A DNA stretch of 64,000 nucleotides, from NCBI GenBank assembly GCA_944381075.1, contig CALWJT010000037.1:57879-121878 (forward strand), written 5' to 3'. Positions 59,877 through 64,000 of this stretch are shown here, in pieces (the stretch's first letter is position 1; every line of letters begins with the position of its first letter). The translations under genes were made by a program, and so were the position numbers. This stretch comes from an uncultured Clostridia bacterium. GTDB taxonomy: Bacteria > Bacillota > Clostridia > Oscillospirales > CAG-272. The notes under the pieces were generated by a model. That model searched no databases. It saw only the letters and a list, made by a program, of their open reading frames with translations, and was not told where the DNA came from.

Positions 59877-61700
59877 ATGGGAAAAATTATAGGCATTGAC
59901 CTTGGTACGACGAACTCTTGTGTTGCGGTATATGAGGGCGGCGAACCCGTTGTCATTACAAATCCTGAGGGGTCCAGAACGACGCCTTCCGTCGTCGCCT
60001 TTTCTAAAGACGGCGAGCGTATGATCGGTCAGATCGCAAAACGGCAGGCCATCACCAATCCGGAAAGAACCGTGATGAGCATCAAGCGCCATATGGGCAC
60101 GGATTATAAAGTCGAAATCGACGGCAAAAAATATACACCTCAGGAAATTTCGGCAATGATTCTGCAAAAACTGAAGGCGGATGCCGAGAGCTATCTGGGA
60201 ACCACGGTGACGCAAGCGGTCATCACAGTGCCTGCGTACTTCTCGGATTCGCAAAGACAGGCGACAAAGGATGCCGGCAAGATCGCCGGATTGGAGGTCC
60301 TGAGGATCATCAACGAACCGACGGCCGCGGCGCTTGCTTATGGCATCGATAAAGACGGCGTCAACCAGAAGGTCATGATTTTCGACCTCGGCGGCGGTAC
60401 ATTCGATGTTTCAATCCTTGAGATTTCAGACGGTGTTTTTGAGGTGCTGGCCACCAACGGCAATACTCATCTCGGTGGAGACGACTTTGATAACCGTGTG
60501 ATCGACTGGATCGCAGAGACCTTTATGAAGGAGAACGGCGGCATCGACCTGCGCAAGGATAAGATGGCGCTCCAAAGACTGAAGGAAGCGGCAGAAAAGG
60601 CGAAGATCGAGCTTTCCGGCATGACGAGCGCCAATATCAATCTGCCGTTTATCACGGCGGATGCAACGGGACCGAAGCATTTCAATGCAGATCTCTCCAG
60701 AGCGAAATTCAACGAGCTGACGGCCGACCTTGTCGATAAATGTATGGGTCCGTGCCAGCAGGCGCTGAAGGACGCCGGACTTTCGATTTCTCAGATCGAC
60801 AAGGTGCTTCTTGTCGGCGGTTCGACAAGAATCCCGGCGGTCCAGGATGCGGTAAAGAAATTCAGCGGTAAGGATCCGTTCAAAGGGATCAATCCGGATG
60901 AATGCGTCGCCATTGGCGCCGCGATCCAGGCGGGCGTGCTCGGCGGCGAGGTCAAGGACCTGCTGCTGCTCGATGTGACACCGCTTTCTCTTGGCATCGA
61001 GACGCTGGGCGGCGTCTGCACAAAGATCATCGACCGCAATACGACCATTCCGGTCAAGAAGTCGCAGATCTTCTCGACGGCGGCCGACGGACAGACGTCC
61101 GTTGAAATCCATGTCCTGCAGGGCGAGCGCGAACGCGCCGCGGACAACACCACGCTCGGACGCTTCTCGCTCGACGGAATTCCGGCGGCTCCGCGCGGCG
61201 TTCCGCAGATCGAGGTGACGTTTGACATCGATGCCAACGGCATTGTCAATGTCACGGCGCTCGATAAGGGAACCGGCAAAGAGCAGCATGTCACCATCAC
61301 CTCCTCGACCAATATGAGCAAGGAGGACATTGAGAAGGCGGTCAAGGAAGCGGAAAAATTCGCAGAGGAAGACAAGAAGTTCAAAGAGCTTGTCGATGCG
61401 AAGAATCAGGCGGAATCGATGATCAGCCAGAGCGAAAAGGTCATTTCGGAGTCCGGCGACAAGATATCCGAGGACGATAAGCAGGCGCTTCGTGCCGAGG
61501 CCGACAGCCTCAAGGAAGCCGTCAAGTCGGACAACGTGGACACCATCAAGAGCGGACTGGAAGCGTTCCAGAAGAAATTTTTCGAGGTATCGGAGAAGCT
61601 CTATAAGAACGCGGGAGGTGCCGGTCAGGACGGCGGCTCCGGTTCTGCCGGCACGCAGAATGAGGATGGCAGCTTCAACGCGGATTACACCGAAAAATAA
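59877..61700 (+). CDS. dnaK: molecular chaperone DnaK (Hsp70)
   Basis: [50 protein letters not shown], etc. Confidence 0.98.
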   Translation: MGKIIGIDLGTTNSCVAVYEGGEPVVITNPEGSRTTPSVVAFSKDGERMIGQIAKRQAITNPERTVMSIKRHMGTDYKVEIDGKKYTPQEISAMILQKLKADAESYLGTTVTQAVITVPAYFSDSQRQATKDAGKIAGLEVLRIINEPTAAALAYGIDKDGVNQKVMIFDLGGGTFDVSILEISDGVFEVLATNGNTHLGGDDFDNRVIDWIAETFMKENGGIDLRKDKMALQRLKEAAEKAKIELSGMTSANINLPFITADATGPKHFNADLSRAKFNELTADLVDKCMGPCQQALKDAGLSISQIDKVLLVGGSTRIPAVQDAVKKFSGKDPFKGINPDECVAIGAAIQAGVLGGEVKDLLLLDVTPLSLGIETLGGVCTKIIDRNTTIPVKKSQIFSTAADGQTSVEIHVLQGERERAADNTTLGRFSLDGIPAAPRGVPQIEVTFDIDANGIVNVTALDKGTGKEQHVTITSSTNMSKEDIEKAVKEAEKFAEEDKKFKELVDAKNQAESMISQSEKVISESGDKISEDDKQALRAEADSLKEAVKSDNVDTIKSGLEAFQKKFFEVSEKLYKNAGGAGQDGGSGSAGTQNEDGSFNADYTEK

Positions 61701-61766
61701 TAGAATCATGGTTGTTAAGGGCGGACTTTGCGTTCGCCCTTAACAGGGTTAGGACGGTCACAGGAT

Positions 61767-62903
61767 ATGAGAGATTATTATGAAGTCCTCGGCGTTTCCA
61801 AGAATGCCTCGGACGATGAGATAAAAAAAGCATACCGGGCGCTTGCGAAAAAATATCATCCCGATATGAATCCCGGGAACAAGGAAGCAGAGGAAAAATT
61901 CAAGGAAGTCAATCAGGCGTATGCGGTTTTGTCGGATCCCGACAAAAAAGCAAAATATGACAGATTCGGTCCCGAAGCGGCGGAGGGTGGTGCTTCCGGT
62001 TTCGAGGGCTTTGGCGGCTTCGGAGGATTTTCCGGCGATGGCTTCGACATCAGCGATATTTTTGAAGGCTTTTTCGGAGGCGGCGGCGGAAGCCGCAGGA
62101 CCCGCAACGGTCCGATGCGCGGCGATGATCTGCTCCAGAGGATTTTTATTTCTTTTGAGGAGGCGGCGTTCGGCTGCAAAAAGGAAATCAAATATGCAAG
62201 GGTAGAAAAATGTCCGGACTGCAGCGGCACCGGCTGTGCAGCCGGCACCGCTCCCAAGGTCTGCTCCAAATGCGGCGGTACGGGACAAATCAAGGTGCAG
62301 CAAAGAACACCGCTTGGTGTTTTTCAAACGACTAAGACCTGTGACGCCTGCGGCGGTGCGGGACAAACCATCGCCAATCCCTGCAAGACCTGCCGCGGTA
62401 CGGGACTTGTCAGCGTCACCAAGACGCTTGAGGTATCCATCCCCGCCGGCATCGACAACGGGCAGCGCGTCACACTTCGCGGCATGGGAAACAGCGGAAA
62501 GAACGGCGGCCCTTCGGGCGATCTTTACATCGCAGTTCAAGTGAGAGCCCATCCGATCTTTACCAGAGACGGATTTAATCTTTATTGCGAGATACCGATT
62601 ACATTTCCCGAAGCGGCGCTGGGGGCAGAGATCCGCATCCCGACGCTGGAGGGCGATACCACCTATACCATTCCGGAAGGGACACAGACCGGAACGACCT
62701 TTTCCATCAAGGGAAAGGGGATCCCCTACATCAATGGAAAGGGAAGAGGCGACATTTTATTTAAGGTGACAGTAGAAGTGCCAAAGGGCATGAATGAATC
62801 TCAGAAGGAAGCGCTCCGTAAATTTGCGAATGCATGCGGCAAATCCAATTATTCCAAAAAGGAAAAGTTTTTCTCTAAAATCTTCGGGAAGGACAAAGGC
62901 TGA
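61767..62903 (+). CDS. dnaJ: co-chaperone DnaJ
   Basis: [33 protein letters not shown] (J domain), G/F-rich region, four CxxCxGxG zinc motifs ([32 protein letters not shown]). Confidence 0.95.
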   Translation: MRDYYEVLGVSKNASDDEIKKAYRALAKKYHPDMNPGNKEAEEKFKEVNQAYAVLSDPDKKAKYDRFGPEAAEGGASGFEGFGGFGGFSGDGFDISDIFEGFFGGGGGSRRTRNGPMRGDDLLQRIFISFEEAAFGCKKEIKYARVEKCPDCSGTGCAAGTAPKVCSKCGGTGQIKVQQRTPLGVFQTTKTCDACGGAGQTIANPCKTCRGTGLVSVTKTLEVSIPAGIDNGQRVTLRGMGNSGKNGGPSGDLYIAVQVRAHPIFTRDGFNLYCEIPITFPEAALGAEIRIPTLEGDTTYTIPEGTQTGTTFSIKGKGIPYINGKGRGDILFKVTVEVPKGMNESQKEALRKFANACGKSNYSKKEKFFSKIFGKDKG

Positions 62904-63826
62904 TGACGTGGACACAGATAAAGGTCACTTGTAAAACAGAAGAGCTGGAGATGGTCTGTGCCGTCATGTCGATGGTGGATCCATCTGTCATGATAGAGGA
63001 CTACAGCGATATCGAAACGGAGCTGCAAACGGTTTACGGCGATTTGATCGACGAATCCATCCTGAACAGCGATAAAAGTGTTGCCTCCTGCAGCGTATAT
63101 GTGCCGGAGGATAAAAATGCGGGAGAGGTGATTTCCTACCTTGAGAGCATGCTTTCGGCGGACAATATCCATGCAAAAATTGAAAGCTTAGGGACAAATG
63201 AAGAGGAATGGTCCACGGCCTGGAAACGGTATTATAAGCCGACGCCTATCGGGAAGCGTCTTGTCGTCGTACCGAGCTGGGAGTCCTATGAAAAGCGTCC
63301 GGGCGAGCTTGTCATTACCATGGACCCCGGCATGGCGTTTGGCACCGGCACACACGAGACGACGCGTCTTTGCGCGCAGCTGCTGGAAGAATACATGATA
63401 AAGGGCAGCCGCATGCTTGACATTGGAAGCGGAAGCGGGATCCTCGCAATTTGTGCGGCAAAGCTCGGCGCGGCGGAATGTCTTGCATGCGACATCGATC
63501 CGGTTGCCGTTCGTACCGAGGAAGAAAACGTAACGCGCAATGGCTGCGGCAATATCCGGTGCCGGGTTTCCGACCTGCTGTCAAACATAAGTGCATCAAC
63601 GGACGGCGTTTTTGATGTAGTGACGGCTAACATCGTTGCCGATGTCATCATAAAGCTCGTTCCCGAGCTTGGCGGCTTCCTCAAAAAGGGAGGACGCTTT
63701 ATTGCATCCGGTATTATTGAACCGAGGATGGCGGAGGTGGATGCAGCAGTGGAAGGGTGCGGATTTGCGAAAATCGACGGAAAAAAGGAAAACGGCTGGT
63801 ATGCAGGAGTTTATGAGAAAACGTGA
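62903..63826 (+). CDS. prmA: ribosomal protein L11 methyltransferase
   Basis: W......YY.P..IG.RL.V.PSWE......GE..I.MDPGMAFGTGTHETT.LC...LE, LDIGSGSGILAI SAM motif. Confidence 0.9.
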   Translation: MTWTQIKVTCKTEELEMVCAVMSMVDPSVMIEDYSDIETELQTVYGDLIDESILNSDKSVASCSVYVPEDKNAGEVISYLESMLSADNIHAKIESLGTNEEEWSTAWKRYYKPTPIGKRLVVVPSWESYEKRPGELVITMDPGMAFGTGTHETTRLCAQLLEEYMIKGSRMLDIGSGSGILAICAAKLGAAECLACDIDPVAVRTEEENVTRNGCGNIRCRVSDLLSNISASTDGVFDVVTANIVADVIIKLVPELGGFLKKGGRFIASGIIEPRMAEVDAAVEGCGFAKIDGKKENGWYAGVYEKT

Positions 63827-63862
63827 ATTTGTAAAAATTTACGTAAAATTTTCTCAAAATTC

Positions 63863-63891
63863 TTTACAAAACAGCCTTTTTGGTATATACT
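63863..63891 (+). promoter_or_regulatory. possible sigma-A promoter ahead of rsmE
   Basis: TTTACA (63863-68), 17 nt spacer, TATACT (63886-91). Confidence 0.4.
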
Positions 63892-63976
63892 AATATTTAA
63901 AGCGGGATATGTGAGTGGATTCTATATCCCGTTTCTGTATGTATCAGAGTCCGTGCATGGGGAGGCTTCGTTAAAA

Positions 63977-64000
63977 ATGCCGCGTTTTTTCCTTTCATCC
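63977..64000 (+). CDS. rsmE: 16S rRNA (uracil1498-N3)-methyltransferase RsmE, first 8 codons only
   Basis: GGGGAGG RBS followed by ATG. MPRFFLSS matches the conserved RsmE N-terminus (MPRFF). The position after prmA matches the B. subtilis dnaK-operon order. Confidence 0.5.

Noticed and set aside
1-64000. Looked for rRNA, tRNA, CRISPR arrays, IS/transposase, integrase, phage or toxin-antitoxin/defence modules
   Set aside because: I recognised none: no direct-repeat/spacer periodicity, no tRNA-like GGTTCGAATCC arms and no DDE or tyrosine-recombinase motifs in any listed ORF. A tRNAscan or Rfam run would be needed to be certain.

Overview
This 64-kb window is a chromosomal segment of about 55-58% GC from a spore-forming Firmicute. 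By my judgement it looks Clostridia, Oscillospiraceae/Ruminococcaceae-like. I saw no rRNA, tRNA, CRISPR array, transposase or phage genes.

Housekeeping blocks have Bacillus-like synteny:
- rpiB-tsaB-tsaE-nifS
- SRP RNA-dnaX-ybaB-recR
- pyk
- rimP-nusA-ylxR-ylxQ-infB
- typA-tcdA
- CIRCE-hrcA-grpE-dnaK-dnaJ-prmA-(rsmE)
- Sporulation genes spmAB, abrB, cotJABC and a CotF-like pair

The unusual content is regulatory. There are four hand-identified T-box leaders within 26 kb, and none sits on an aminoacyl-tRNA synthetase gene.
- **Ile T-box (AUC):** controls an HTH-cupin::acyl-CoA-synthetase fusion, a P-loop ATPase and a four-subunit VOR-type 2-oxoacid:ferredoxin oxidoreductase.
- **Leu T-box (CUC):** lies back-to-back with the Ile unit. 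It controls a catalytically degenerate LeuA-like protein and a TIM-barrel::acyl-CoA-ligase fusion.
- Together these two look like a tRNA-charging-controlled branched-chain fatty-acid to amino-acid (reductive carboxylation) module.
- **The other two T-boxes:** each controls one of two paralogous COG2984 ABC importers. One has a UGG (Trp) specifier. The other is ambiguous, with UAC (Tyr) the best reading.

metNIQ has no S-box or T-box. It is preceded by a 37-codon ORF with 10 Met codons plus an intrinsic terminator, a candidate methionine leader-peptide attenuator.

Smaller items:
- an orphan promoter-terminator pair (candidate sRNA)
- a two-TM mini-ORF with no canonical start codon
- a 23-Cys protein
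- a glycosidase-like gene in the position where rbfA normally follows infB

All calls come from reading the sequence and the ORF translations. No searches or folding programs were run.
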